Below, one piece after another: positions 50,032 through 62,570 of a stretch of DNA of 64,000 bases. The position numbers and the translations under genes are program-made. Within the stretch, counting starts at the first letter, position 1. Every line of letters begins with the position of its first letter. The stretch spans positions 117,182,001-117,246,000 of the forward strand of contig CM059432.1 in the NCBI GenBank assembly GCA_030390025.1, given 5' to 3'. Source of the stretch: Squalus acanthias (lineage: Eukaryota). Below the pieces are notes generated by a model. It worked only from the letters and a program-made list of their open reading frames with translations, had not been told where the DNA came from and did not search any database.

Positions 50032-52551
50032 GGGCTAGAAATTCATCATAGCCCAGGAATGGGCAGTATCTTTAGAAAAGTTTGAGAATTAGCACCAGGC
50101 GCTACTGCTTCAGACTGCACGCAAAATTCATTCTTACTGCTCAAAGAAAAGATTGGGTTACTAAATCAAGTCTTAAAGGCCTAGCTCAGTGGCGTTACAC
50201 TCAAAGGGTGGACCAATATCGGGTGCAGTCTAATCGCAACTCATCATTGCCACAGGCTTTTCCCAGTACTTAAAGGGAGGTTCATTGATGCTGCAGCACC
50301 TCATTCTCAGCATTGCTGGCTGTGCACCTGCCTCAGCAAGGAGAAGCACAACAAGGAGAAAGAGCTGGAGGAGTGAAGCAGGTGTGCTCATGGCAGATCC
50401 ACCTCAGTCGGGTGGTCAGGGTGATTGAATGCTTCAACAAATGCTACATACCACCATCTGTACCACAAGCTTCACACACTGCCCAAAGCATCAGACCCCA
50501 GCACTCACCCACCAACAATCTGTACCTACCAACACCCACACCCACATCTCACACCTTGCACACAATGACAGCTATTCAACTATGGCAGGCACAAGGGTCA
50601 TTAGTTATTAGAATGAATGTGATATGTATGATATATTTATGCATAAATTTATTAATGGAGTATTCAATATTTTGTGGTCTCTCTCATTTCACCTTTGCAC
50701 CCAGGAGGACGCTGTGATATGACACAGTGAGGGTATGATGGACATGTGGTGAGCAAAAGGGATCTGGAGTTTAATTCATTCTGGTGTGAGGCTGGAGGCC
50801 TGTTTGGAGGAGGTGGCACAGCTCTGTGACCACCACCTTGGTGATGCGGAGCCGTCTAATATACTGCTCCTCGCTTAATTGAAGGTAGGAGAGGTACTGT
50901 CGGAATACCCTCAGAGGGTAAGGCCTCCTGGTGAGAGCCTTGTGTCCCTCCTCATCCCTCTGCGCACATGTTCCCATATTTCTGGCTGCCTACGCTCTCT
51001 CCACCGTAGATCATGGAGGGTGAGGAGATATGCCAGTACAGCACCCATTAATGTTGCTAAGTGTAACAGTTTGAATCTTTGAACAATAAATGTAGGAACT
51101 TATATCTTATATTTAAGAAGGAGATAGATAGATTTCTAGACACAAAAGGCATCAAGGGGTATGGGGAGAGAGCGGGAATATGGTATTGAGATAGAGGATC
51201 AGCCATGCTCATATTGAATGGCTCGAAGGGCCAAATGGCCGACTCCTGCTCCTATTTTTCTATGTTTCTATGTTTCTAACTTTGCTTGGAGTATAATGTG
51301 GGAAAGTGCGAGGTTATCCACTTTGGCAGGAAAAATAAAAAAGCAAACTATTATTTGAATGGAGAGAGATTACAAAATGTTACAGTTCAGAGGGACCTGG
51401 GGGTCCTTGTGCATGAAACACAAAAAGTTAGCATGCAGGTACAGCAAGTAATCAAAAAGGCATATGGAATGTTGGCCTTTATTTCAAGGGGGTTGGAGTA
51501 TAAAAGCAGGGAAGTCTTGCTACAACTGTACAGGGTATTGGTGAGACCACACCTTGAGTACTGCGTACAGTTTTGGTCTCCTTATTTAAGGAAGGACATA
51601 CTTGCATTGGAGGCAGTTCAGAGACGATTCACTAGGTTAATTCCAGAGATGAGGGGTTTGACTTATGAGGAAAGATTGAGCAGGTTGGGCCTATACTCAT
51701 TGGAATTTAGAAGAATGAGAGGTGATCTTATTGAAACATATAAGATACTGAAGGGGCTCGACAGGGTAAATGCAGAGAGGATGTTTCCCCTCATGGGGAA
51801 ATCTAGAACTCGGGGGCACAGTCTCAGAATAAAGGGTCGCCCTTTTAGAACTGAGATGAGGAGGAACTTCTTCTCTCAGAGGGTCGTAAATTTGTGGAAT
51901 TCTCTGCCCCAGAGAGCTGTGGAGGCTGGGTCATTAAATACATTTAAAGTGGAGACAGACAGATTTTTGCAAGATAAGGGAGTGAAGGGTTATGGGGAGC
52001 GGGCAGGGAAGTGGCTTTGAGCCATAGATCAGCCATGATCTTCTTGAATAGCGGAACAGGCTCGAGGAGCCAAGTGGCCTATTCCTGCTCCTATTTCTTA
52101 TGTTCTTATGCCAGAACACTGCTGATAAAAAAGAACCTTGAAATTACTCATACAAACAGCTCCACTGGCTGAAACTGACAAGAAGTCACTGAAACTAGCC
52201 TGCGCTGACAGCTGTGAGTAATTAATGTGGTGCCTTTAAATAACGTCCCTGGAGCCAGCTTCCATCAGCTGTGTGCCTCTTCTCCCTGTCGCTGTCTGTT
52301 TGAGACGCTAAGGTAGGTGGCGAAAATCAATTTTGCAGATCGGGCAGCCAGTGAGCATTGTACGCTCACTGACGTCACGATCTGCCTGGTGCTAAAGTTC
52401 CCGGTGGTACCTCATACCAGCGGCACAACGGGGGGATTGGATTTGCCATGCATCGCTGGATTCACCTTGCCCCGGCGCTACTGCATCAGCACCCTGTTAG
52501 CGCCAGCTGCTGGTGCTAATGGGAGGCACTAACCAACTGAAGTTTTCCCCC
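50032..52551. mobile_element. Internally deleted sister copy of the 28467-35205 Harbinger
   Basis: gggctagaaattc...gaagttttccccc; TSD CAT; keeps a Myb intron piece, the intergenic spacer and the transposase 5' part (RRPYPLRVFR). Confidence 0.9.
51105..52110 (+). mobile_element. Two tandem CR1 3' fragments (~51105-51278 and ~51288-52110)
   Basis: 244-aa CR1 ORF2 C-terminus; two separate tails. Confidence 0.92.
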
Positions 52552-54395
52552 CATATTAGACTCAACACAAACTTCTTTTTTTGACATAATGCTTTGCTAA
52601 TAGTTTCAAATCTCATTTGAATAGGATCTGTGCACTGCCAGGCAGTGCTGACAGGCAGCTCGCCAATCTGGGAACAGGGAATCCGGCCTTTCCCCTGTGG
52701 AAACAAGGCCAAAATAAGCGTTTAAAGGGAGGGAGGCAATGCTGTTGGCTACTGAGCGACCAGCACTGGTGCCGAGAATTTGTGGGGCAGGAAGAAGCAT
52801 TTATGCTACTGAAGGTCCCACAGAAACCAATGCTAAAGATTGTTTGTGGGTGTTTGGGAGCGGTCTCCAGCAGTCCCTTTAACCGTTATATGTCAGTAGC
52901 AATGGGCAGAATATGCGTGGTACACGCTATGTCTATTTGTACTTGACAATTAGTGCTCCTGCCTGTTTTAGGCAGGAACGCTGGCCGCTAATATTGAGGC
53001 CTGCTCAAAAATCAAGTCAGTTGGCCTTTTGCTGCCCGTGGGCGATAGGTTTTTAAAGAAATTCCATTTGGCTACCACCCTGTTTTTCAGCATGAACAGG
53101 GTGGTAAGAGGGCAAAAAGTCACTCCCAATGTTTCTTTGCTTGTACTTTTTGTTTTGAAACTGCCATGAACTATACTGTTACAAGTCTGGGATCGTGCCT
53201 TAGATATTCTCGTGGGTCTCATGGTGCTAGTCACTCCCGTAAGTGGTCCGATTGCCATATGTTTCAGGTTGTTTCTGTACTGCTCAACGCCTCACTATAC
53301 AATAGCATAACCCAGAGGTGTAACAATAGTATCCACTTGTGATCTGAATTAGATATTCATGACTTTCACACATGCGCTTCTTCAATCTCTCTGAAGGCAG
53401 ACTGAGAAAACACTTGGTGAGACAAGCTTAGATACAGAACAACAGCTACGAATGGATTTAATTATTTCAAAGAGTAGAACTCATCTTTGCATAATAATAT
53501 AAAAATAATGAATATGCTGAACCCCTACATTGTGGATCATCTTGCTTGATTAAAACAAAATAATTTCCAACTACAATCCTGCATTTTCCTTCTCAGCCTG
53601 GTGAAAGCGTGCCCTTGCAGATTTCCATTTAAAAGGTCTGACGGTCTTCACAGCATCAGTGGAATCGGACTGTCATGTAGCTTTCTGTTTCAAAAAACTG
53701 ACTGACTTCCTGCAGCGCTGTCTCTGTGTTTTATCTCCCTCTGTTCATAGCCAGATAAGGATCGAAGACTTTCTCACACAATGGTGTTGAGATGTTTTTT
53801 AGTTTCTGAGACAGGGGAAACAAATTTCTTATTATTTACAGTCTATGGGGAAACAACATCAAAGCTATCTCATTGGCATCTTACCTATCTATCATCTCAG
53901 AGACTTTTTTTGGCTTTGCATGAATTCACTATACTTTAAAATACAACATTTAAAGGTAACTTTTTCATCAAAACCTTTTGGTAGAAAAATAGTCACAATA
54001 TCCCCAAACATAATCTTTCCCATTGAAGGAACTGAAACAGGTTTGAGAACTGCAAACTTACTCAAAGATCCAAAACACAACTTTCCTTAAATATCCCCAA
54101 AAAAGCTATTACCAGGACTTGCTAGATTTGAAGAACTGTTGTCTGTACTTGAAAATAACTGGCTGTCATACATATAGTTAAACAAACAATACAGCCTGTG
54201 TTTGTTCAAAATTAGCAAGACTCCTCATGCTTTACAGATAACCAAACAAAATTGGAGTAATTTGCAATGAGTTAAGTGTAATTGGATTTAAAGGAGAAGC
54301 CACTAAGCCATTATAAGACAAAAAAATCTTCATTTTTTAATCACACGCACCATAGAACTACATCATTAAGATATATTATGCTGACACCGCACATT

Positions 54396-55560
54396 GGCCT
54401 GCAGTTTCTGCTCAATTGCGCTGTTTTTTCGGTGCAATTCCCCTGATATCGGAGTAACCGGTGCAAAAGAATGCGGAATTTTAAGCGCAAGTTGCGTTCA
54501 GCGCAAATCAAGTTTGTGCGATCTTTTACGCTAGTTTTAAAAACATCGCGCTAGAAGGAGGCCCCGCCCGCAAAACTGGTCATGTCCCCAGATCGAATTA
54601 ATCACCATTGGGAGGTTCCGCTAATTGCGCTCATTTGCAGGCCATCGAGGAGGCTCCAAAAATTAAACTGGAACTTTTGGGCGCAAGGACACTAATAGGA
54701 ACACTTTCAAAGTTTTGAATTAGTTTTTTTTAAATTTATTAAGGAACTTACTACTGTACCCCATTCTAACTAGAAAACAGGTCTGTATATGTTTTAAAAG
54801 TCTTTCAGTAATTTAAAATCGGGTTAGTCACAGGTGGTGGATTGACACTCTGATTTAAAATGCTTATTTTTTGTGATAAATCCGTTTTCAGCTGCATTAA
54901 TCAAACTGCACCAAGTTACCGCTCTTAAATATATCAAAGAATATTTTTTAAAGCCACATTGTTAAAAAAAAATTCCGTTTGGAAACGCTGCCCGATTGCG
55001 CTGGTACATTGCAGATTTTGCATTGGCCGATATGCAAAAGAGTTTCATAGAAACATAGAAACATAGAATCTAGGAGCAGGAGTAGGCCATTCGGCCCGTC
55101 GAGCCTGCTCCGCCATTCAATACGATCATGGCTGATCATCCAAATCCAGTACCCTGTCCCTGCTTTAATCCCCACAGTACACATATCCCACCCTACCCCC
55201 GTAACCCCACGTATTTAATTCCCCCTAACATATCCCATCCTATCCCCATAACCCCACATATTTAATCCCCCCTAACATATCCCATCCTATCCCCATAACC
55301 CCACATATTTAATCCCCCCTAACACTAAGGGTCAATTTATCATAGCCAAATCAACCTAACCCACACATTTTTGGACTGTGGGAGGAAACCGGAGCACCCG
55401 GAGGAAACCCACGCAGACACGGGGAGAAATGTGCAAACTCCACACAGACAGTCACCCGAGGTCAGATTCGAACCCGGGTCTCTGGCGCTGTGAGGCACCA
55501 GTGCTAACCACTAGGCCACCGTGTTGCCCCAGATTGCGGCCGAAGCAGAAACTCTACCCC
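54396..55560. mobile_element. Non-autonomous Harbinger-type element containing a CR1-tail/SINE insert
   Basis: ggcctgcagtttctgct...agcagaaactctacccc; TSD ATT. Confidence 0.75.
55027..55529 (-). mobile_element. HE1-like SINE with an internal ~47-bp triplication, joined to a CR1 3' tail
   Basis: Head ggcacggtggcctagtggttagc-like...gggttcgaatc; catatccca.ccta.cccc.taaccccac.tattta x3; CR1 tail at ~55027-55165. Confidence 0.85.
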
Positions 55561-55603
55561 ATTGCGCCTGTGAAGAAGTGAAGATAATGAAGATGGAGTA
55601 TTT

Positions 55604-56335
55604 GGCCCTGAACGTGCGGTCGGTACGGCTGTGTACTCTCAGAATGCGCGCTCATATTGCCTTTGAAACTGATCGCAACTTCGAGATTTAGCGGTCTGTC
55701 AATGACAGCTCCGAAACTGGCTGCGCTGTGCACCCCCCACCACACTCATCATAGCCGGCAATCAGTGAAATGTCATAAATCAGTGAAACTGAGGAAAACT
55801 TTGTCTCTTCCGCAGTAATTACGCTGTTAAATTCCCCACTAAAAGTTAGACCCAAAGGGATTAGGTGTAACTGGGGTTTTGACAGCGTTATTACTGCTAA
55901 ACAAAATGTTAAGGGCCTGGAAAACTAATTTTAATTTGTGCAGTGTGAAATTTGTCAATTTTAAATTAAAATTAAAGTTTTTAAGAAACTTTTCCAAACT
56001 TTTTTTTTTAAGTTTGTGCATCTTTATTTCAGGTTTGCCTTTTCCCCATGTGAGAGTCCCAATCTTTCTTTTGCTCTCTCTATTTTAAAAAGTTAGAATT
56101 TTAAGGGCTTACTCACTTCCTTGTTCACTGTCTGTGATAATTCTGCCTTTTGATTGGCTGCTTACACAGCCTGTTGATGTCACAGCAGCTCGCACAAGGG
56201 AATCCCCATTAAGTTCCGTTGAAGGTCGGAAAACCCGAAGTTCTCAACACAGTGATTGCGAGACCAATGTGCGGAGCGTACTTCGGGGCCAGCAGCGAAC
56301 ACTTTTGCTTCGCTGCTGGCCACAAATTCAGGGCC
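55604..56335. mobile_element. Non-autonomous Harbinger-type element
   Basis: ggccctgaa...ttcagggcc TIRs; flanks ttt/att. Confidence 0.8.
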
Positions 56336-57895
56336 ATTGTCTCCTAAATTCCATAGTTTTCTTCCATACACGACTGAAACTTCTGTCTTTATATGCTAGT
56401 CAAAATTCACATTATTCAACAGTGGATCAGGACCTGCAACAAGTCCACCTGGTCCTGCAAACTCATGATCGCAAACACTGGAGTGCAAACAAATCACATT
56501 GCAATTGCTGGTGCATCACTAAGTGCACCTGTATCACAGGCATGGACAACATTTCCTGACCATGAGTAATTCAGCAGTACAGAGGAATTAATACAACTAG
56601 TTGTGAAAAGTGTATTGGGACGACCCATTGTAATTCATAGATGCCATAGCTAACTGGCACCTAAACAGGAGAATGTGGATACTGATGATATTGGAGAAAC
56701 CTTCACGCAAAAACCAACACCAACATCAATAGGATGTCCCCAAGGAAGTTGGGTAATTCTATAGAGTTATAAATCAAAGATTGGTAAATACGTACCAAAA
56801 ACGTCTTCCTTGATTGTAAAGATTTTTTCAACTCTGCAAGGACTGCAATGCAGCCCCAAAAGATAATAAATCAAGCATCCTCCTAATGACTGCTGTTGAA
56901 TCAGCAGCAACTCAAGAAATGAATCATGTTGGCTGAGTGCAGAACTAGGGCTTGCTGATTGTGCAAATTTCTGTCTGCTTTACGTGAATTTAGACAGTTA
57001 AGGCAAATCCACATTTAAAAAATAGCTTCAGCCAGCTGTGTTTCTGAAGGTTTATGTGATGATCCTTTTGTCCTGTGGTCAGTTAGTCTCTAGGTAATAA
57101 TTACACAGAGCTGGCTGTATGCAATCAGAGCTCATCATATTTAATGAGATCTGTTACTTGCAGCTATCCTGGTGGGGTGAGGTGGAGGGATATGTGATTT
57201 TCAATTACTGTCAGATGTTAGAAACAGTTCAAGTCACGACCACTTTGCCCACCAAAATGTTAAAATGGTTCACATTTTAATAATCTGTCTCCTTCAAATG
57301 GAGATGGAGTATAATGTGGGGAAATGTGAGGTAATTCACTTTGGAAGGAAGAATAGAAAAACAGAATAATTTTTAAATGGTGAGATGCTATTAAATGTTG
57401 ATGTTCAGAGAGATTTAGGTGTCCTCGTACAGGAAACACAAAGAGTTAGCATGCAGGTACAGCAAGCAATTAGGAAGGCAAATGGCATGTTGGCCTTTAT
57501 TGCAAGGGGGTTGGAGTATAAGAGTAAGGAAGTCTTGCTACAATTGTACACGGCTTTAGTGAGACCACACCCGACGTACTGTGCACAGTTTTGGTCTTCT
57601 TATCTGAGGAAGGATGTACTTGCCTTAGAGGCGGTGCAACATAAGTTCATTAGATTGATTCCTCGGATGAGAGGTTTGTCCTATGAGGAGAGATTGAGGA
57701 GATTGGGCCTGTACTTGCATTGGAGGCAGTTCAGAGAAGGTTCACGAGGTTGATTCCGGAGATGATGAGGTTGTCTTATGAAGAAAGGTTGGGCAGGTTG
57801 GGCCTATACTCATTGGAGTTTAGAAGAATGAGAGGGGATCTTATTGAAACATATAAGATTCTGAAGGGGCTTGACAGAGTAGATGGAGAGAGGAT

Positions 57896-58187
57896 GGGCT
57901 GTATTTTAATACTGGGACGGGTTGGGGTCGTGTCATCCACTTTTCGTGTTATCCACCTGACTGCAATTGGATGTGGGAGATTGATGCAATTTTCACCTAA
58001 TTGGGCAATTGAGTTCCAGCATGTGGGAACCCATGAACCAATTAGTGTTTTCAGTCTGAAAGTCGCCTGTGATGATGTCATCATTGCTGCTGCATTGAAG
58101 GTCTTCAGAGACTGCCTGGCCTTTGCTGTGAGAGGACCTGGATGCAAAATGAGCAGCAGCAGCCCTAAGTCTGTTCCCAGATATTTT

Positions 58188-58221
<34 letters not shown>

Positions 58222-58527
58222 CCAAATGTGCTCCCGCAAGGTTTCACAATCATGTTTCAGAACAGGCGTGCTTCACGTAGAACAACGGTTAAAATCACAA
58301 AGGCCTTTCAAAATGGCATTATAGAGCCAATTTAGTGCTTGTTAAGGGCCTTAACAGCCTATCCCGCCTCTTAGAGGCGGGACGGAGTCGGGACCAGCAG
58401 ACACGATTTAATGAAAATTGCGTGGAGGCGGGATGGAGGCGGACTTGTGCCCGCCCACCAGTTTTCACAATTTTAACCCCCCACACGCCTTCAAACCCGC
58501 CTCCACGGGTCAATGAAAATCCAGCCT
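57896..58527. mobile_element. 632-bp non-autonomous Harbinger-type element
   Basis: gggctgtatttt...aaaatccagcct; TSD GAT; interrupts the CR1 ERMFPL codons. Confidence 0.9.
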
Positions 58528-59149
58528 GATGTTTCCCCTCGTGGGGGAATCTAGAACTAGGGGGCATAATTTCAGATTAAGGGGGCACCCATTTAAAACG
58601 GAAATCAGGAGGAATTTCTTCTCTCAGAGGGTCGTGAATCTTTGGAATTCTCTTCCCCAGCGAGCTGTGGAGGCTGGGTCATTGAATATATTTAAGGTGG
58701 CGATAGACAGATTTTTGAAAGGTAAAGGGAGTGAAGGGTTATGGGGAGCGGGCAGGGAAGTGGAGTTGAGGCCAAGATCAGATCAGCCATGATATTATTG
58801 CATGGCGGAGCAGGCTTTAGGGGCCAAATGACCTACTCCTGCTCCTACATCTTATGTTCTTATACTCTCTGGAGTTTAGAAGACTGAGAGGTGATCTCAT
58901 TGAAACATTAGGATCTGGAATGCACAGCCTGAAAGTGTGGTGGAGGCGGATTCAATCGTGGCTTTCAAAAGGGAATTGGATAAGTACCTGAAGGAAAAAA
59001 AATTGCAGGGCTATGGGGAAAGGGCAGGGGAGTGGGACTAGCTGAAGTGCTCTTGCAGAGAGCCGACATAAGCTTGATGGGCTGAATGGCCTCCTTCTGT
59101 GATGTAACCATTCTACGATTCTATGAAACATACAAGGTTCTGAGGGGAT

Positions 59150-59275
59150 AGCAAAATACTGCGGATGCTGGAAATCCGAAACAACAACAGAAAACGCTGG
59201 AAAAACTCAGCAGGCCAGACAACATCCGTGGAGAGAGAAAGAGAGTTAACGTTTCAGGTCGAAACCCTTCGTCGG
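59150..59275 (-). mobile_element. 126-bp Penelope-derived non-autonomous insert starting with a hammerhead-like motif
   Basis: ~15-bp TSD aaggttctgagggg(g)at; minus strand CCGACGA-A-GGGT-TTCG-ACCT-GAAA-CGTT. Confidence 0.75.
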
Positions 59276-60076
59276 AAGGTTCTGAGGGGGATTGACAGGG
59301 TACGTGCTGAGAGAGTGTTGGGTCGGCCATTTAAGACTGAGAGGAGAAGGAATTTCTTTACTCAGAGGGTTGTGAATCTTTGGAATTCTCTACCCCAAAG
59401 AGCTGTGGATGCTGAACTGTTGAGTATTTTCAAGGCTGAGATAAATAGATTTTTAGACCCTAGGGGAATCAAGCGATATGGAGATCGGGCGGAAAAGTGG
59501 AGTTGAGGTCGAAGATCAGCCGTGATTTTATTCAATGGCGGAGCAGGCTCGATGGGCCATATGGTCTACTCCTGCTCCTAATTCTTATGTTCTTATGTTC
59601 TTATATTCTCTGGTCCAAGCATTTTCAATCATTCAGAAAGCAATTTTATTGTAGAAGTCATACGGGTGGTTTTTTCTACTTTTTGAATGTTCTCACCCCT
59701 TTTCTCAGCTGCTCCCCTGAAGGTGCTGACTCTTGCTCGGGGTATGGTGGTATAGGCAACAAAAGCCTTCCCCAATTTCACCCAAGCAGAGACATTTGAT
59801 ACATGAGTCTGCACAGTGAGTGCCAATCGGCTGCTTGACTGTGGAGGGCATCACCATGGAGTGTGTGTTTTTCATGATCTTGAGTAACATGAGCTGTACA
59901 ACCTTTGATTGGGATTCGGGGGTAATCCATCCTGATTTGCAGGAAGCAAAACAACATCCTCAAATACCAAATGTGATTTCTTTTCTCCCACAAATCAACA
60001 GGCAGCTCTCCTTTGACAAAAGAAAACAATCTTCTACTAAAATAAACACATACAGCACTGACTGGAACAATACAAT

Positions 60077-60186
60077 GGGCAGAATTTTCATTGAGCCGTG
60101 GAGGCGGGTTTGGAGGTGGGACTGGATTGAAAATAGCTGAATCGGGGTCCCGACCCCATCCCGACCCCAGTTTCAAAACCCAGCCC
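60077..60186. mobile_element. 110-bp ends-only relative of 57896-58527 (inverted)
   Basis: gggcagaattttcattga...aaaacccagccc; TSD AAT. Confidence 0.85.
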
Positions 60187-61192
60187 AATATCTCTATACC
60201 GAACATAAGCACATCGCAAATAGACAAGAAGAACATTATATTAGTCATGCTATTTAGAATATGAGTATAACCATTGCTTTTTTTGTGAGATTAATTTAGC
60301 TGTAGGAATATGAAAGTTGTCAATTTATTATAAATATGCATTTAATGTATGTTCTTAAATAATATATAATCTATGTAAACTACTCATGGGACAGTGCAGA
60401 TAGTTGGTTCAGTATCCATGTAGTCTACCCATGGGACAGAAAAGGTAGCTGGTTCAGCATCTATGTAGACTACCCATGGGACAGTGTAGATAGATTGTTC
60501 AGCATCTATGTAGACTACCCATGGGACAGTGTAGATAGATTGTTCAGTATCTATGTAGACTACCCATGGGACAGTGTAGATAGTTGGTTCAGTATCTATG
60601 TAGACTACGCATGGGACAGTGTAGATAGATTGTTCAGTATCTATGTAGACTACGCATGGGACAGTGTAGATAGTTGGTTCAGCATCTATGTAGACTACGC
60701 ATGGGACAGTGTAGGTAGCTGCTTCAGTATCTATGTAGACTACCCATGGGACAGTGTAGGTAGCTGGTTCAGTATCTAAGTAGACAACCCATAGGACAGT
60801 GTAGATAGCTGGTTCAGTATCAAAGTAGACTTCCAGTGGGACAGTGTAGGTAGATTGTTCAGTATCTATGTAGACTACCCGTGGGACATGGTAGATAGTG
60901 GGTTCAGTATCGATGTAGAATACCCATGGGACAGTGTAGATAGCTGGTTCAGTATCTATGTAGACTACCCATGGGACAGTGTAGATAGCTGGTTCAGTAT
61001 CTATGTAGACTTCCCATGGGACAGTGTAGGTAGCTGCTTCAGTACCTATGTAGACTACACATGGGACAGTGTAGATAGCTGGTTCAGCATCTATGTAGAC
61101 TACCAATGGGACAGTGTAGATAGCTGGTTCAGTATCTATGTAGACTTCCCATGGGACAGTGTAGGTAGCTGCTTCAGTATCTATGTAGACTA

Positions 61193-61407
61193 TGTCATAA
61201 ATCGCAAGTAACAACTCAGGAAGTACTACTGGGCGGCCAGCTGGGGCGCCGTCCAGGGAGTATAAATACTCAGGCATGGGCCCACCTTGGGCAGAGACAA
61301 TCTGGAAACAGGAAGCTAGTGACTGCTAACTAGACCTCCATGTTTTGTTACAAGTTGATTAAAGCCTTGCTTTATGTTCAAGTGCGTAGTGAGTCTTTAT
61401 TACGACA
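61193..61407 (+). mobile_element. 215-bp solo LTR (LTR retrotransposon)
   Basis: TGTCATA...TACGACA; TATAAATA 61261; ATTAAA ~61358; 5-bp TSD GACTA. Confidence 0.88.
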
Positions 61408-61733
61408 GACTACCCATGGGACAGTGCAGATAGTTGGTTCAGTATCTATGTAGACTACCCATGGGACAGTGCAGGTAGCTGTTTCAGTATCTATGTAGAA
61501 TACCAGTGGGACAGTGTAGATAGCTGGTTCAGTATCTATGTAGATTACCCATGGGACAGTTTAGATAGCTGGTTCAGCATCTATGTCGACTACCCATGGG
61601 ACAGTGTAGCTAGCTGGTTCGGTTTCTATGTAGACTACCCATGCGACAGTGTAGATATTTGGTTCAGTATCTATGTAGACTAAAGTGAGAAGTCGCACAA
61701 CACCAGGTTATAGTCCAACAGCTTTATTTGAAA

Positions 61734-61771
61734 TCACGAGCTTTCGGAGCGGCTGCTCCTTCGTCAGGTGA
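61734..61771 (-). ncRNA. Minimal type I hammerhead ribozyme
   Basis: UCAC-CUGACGA-A-GGAGC-AGCC-GCUCC-GAAA-GC-UC-GUGA: intact core, stems I and II, palindromic AGCU in place of stem III. Confidence 0.85.
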
Positions 61772-62087
61772 AGTGAAGAAATGCATATGGGCACAGCATA
61801 TATAGTCAGAGAACACTGCCAGACGACTTCAGTTAATCTTTCTAACTGCCCTTATCACACCTCGGCAGAGAGTCAATCACGGCAATCAAAGGTGTGGATG
61901 GTGTCCAAACAGGTCAGTCAGGAAGATATTACATCAAAGACGATAGCGAAATACAACAAAGACAGTGAGGTGGGGTCAAAAAACTTTTTACTTTTTTTGC
62001 TGGAAATCACAGCAGGTCCGGCCGCATCTGTGTAGAGAGAACAAGCCAACGACGACTCGAGTCTGGTTGACTCTACGTCAGGTGGGG

Positions 62088-62570
62088 TTACATGTAGCGC
62101 GACATGAACCCAAGATCCCTGTTGAGTCCGTCCTCATGGGTGTGGAACTTGGCTATCAGTTTCTGCTCGATGATTTTGCGTTGTCGTGTGTCTCGAAGGC
62201 CGCCTTGGAGAACGCTTACCCGAAGATCGGAGGCTGAATGTCCTTGACTGCTGAAGAGTTCCCCAACTAGGAGGGAACACTCCTGCCTGGCGATTGTTGC
62301 GTGATGTCCGTTCATACGCTGTCGTAGTGTCTGCATGGTCTCGCCGATGTACCATGCTCCGGGGCATCCTTTCCTGCAACGTATGAGGTAGACAACGTTG
62401 GCCGAGTCACATGAGTATGTACCATGTACCTGGTGGGTAGTGTCCTCACGTGTGATGATGGAATCTGTGTTGATGATCTGGCATGTCTTGCAGAGGTTGC
62501 CGTGGCAGGGTTGTGTGGTGTCGTGGTCGCTGTTCTCCTGAAAGCTGGGTAATTTGCTGCGAACGATGGT
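62088..62570 (-). pseudogene. GIY-YIG endonuclease domain with a Cys-rich linker (RT absent)
   Basis: PCHGNLCKTC...NVVYLIRC...YIGET..LRQRMNGH...EQKLI...GLNRD. Confidence 0.92.

Larger units (their letters stand above)
57302..59605 (+). mobile_element. CR1 3' region hosting nested CR1s (~57712-58860 and ~58909-59124), a MITE and a Penelope-derived insert
   Basis: Host CR1 sequence resumes after each insert; gaaacat and aaggttctgagggg duplications. Confidence 0.9.

Noticed and set aside
60384..61277. 297-aa repeat-protein ORF (and 63158-63703)
   Set aside because: Arises from a stop-free 45-bp unit; the start codon lies antisense inside an LTR.
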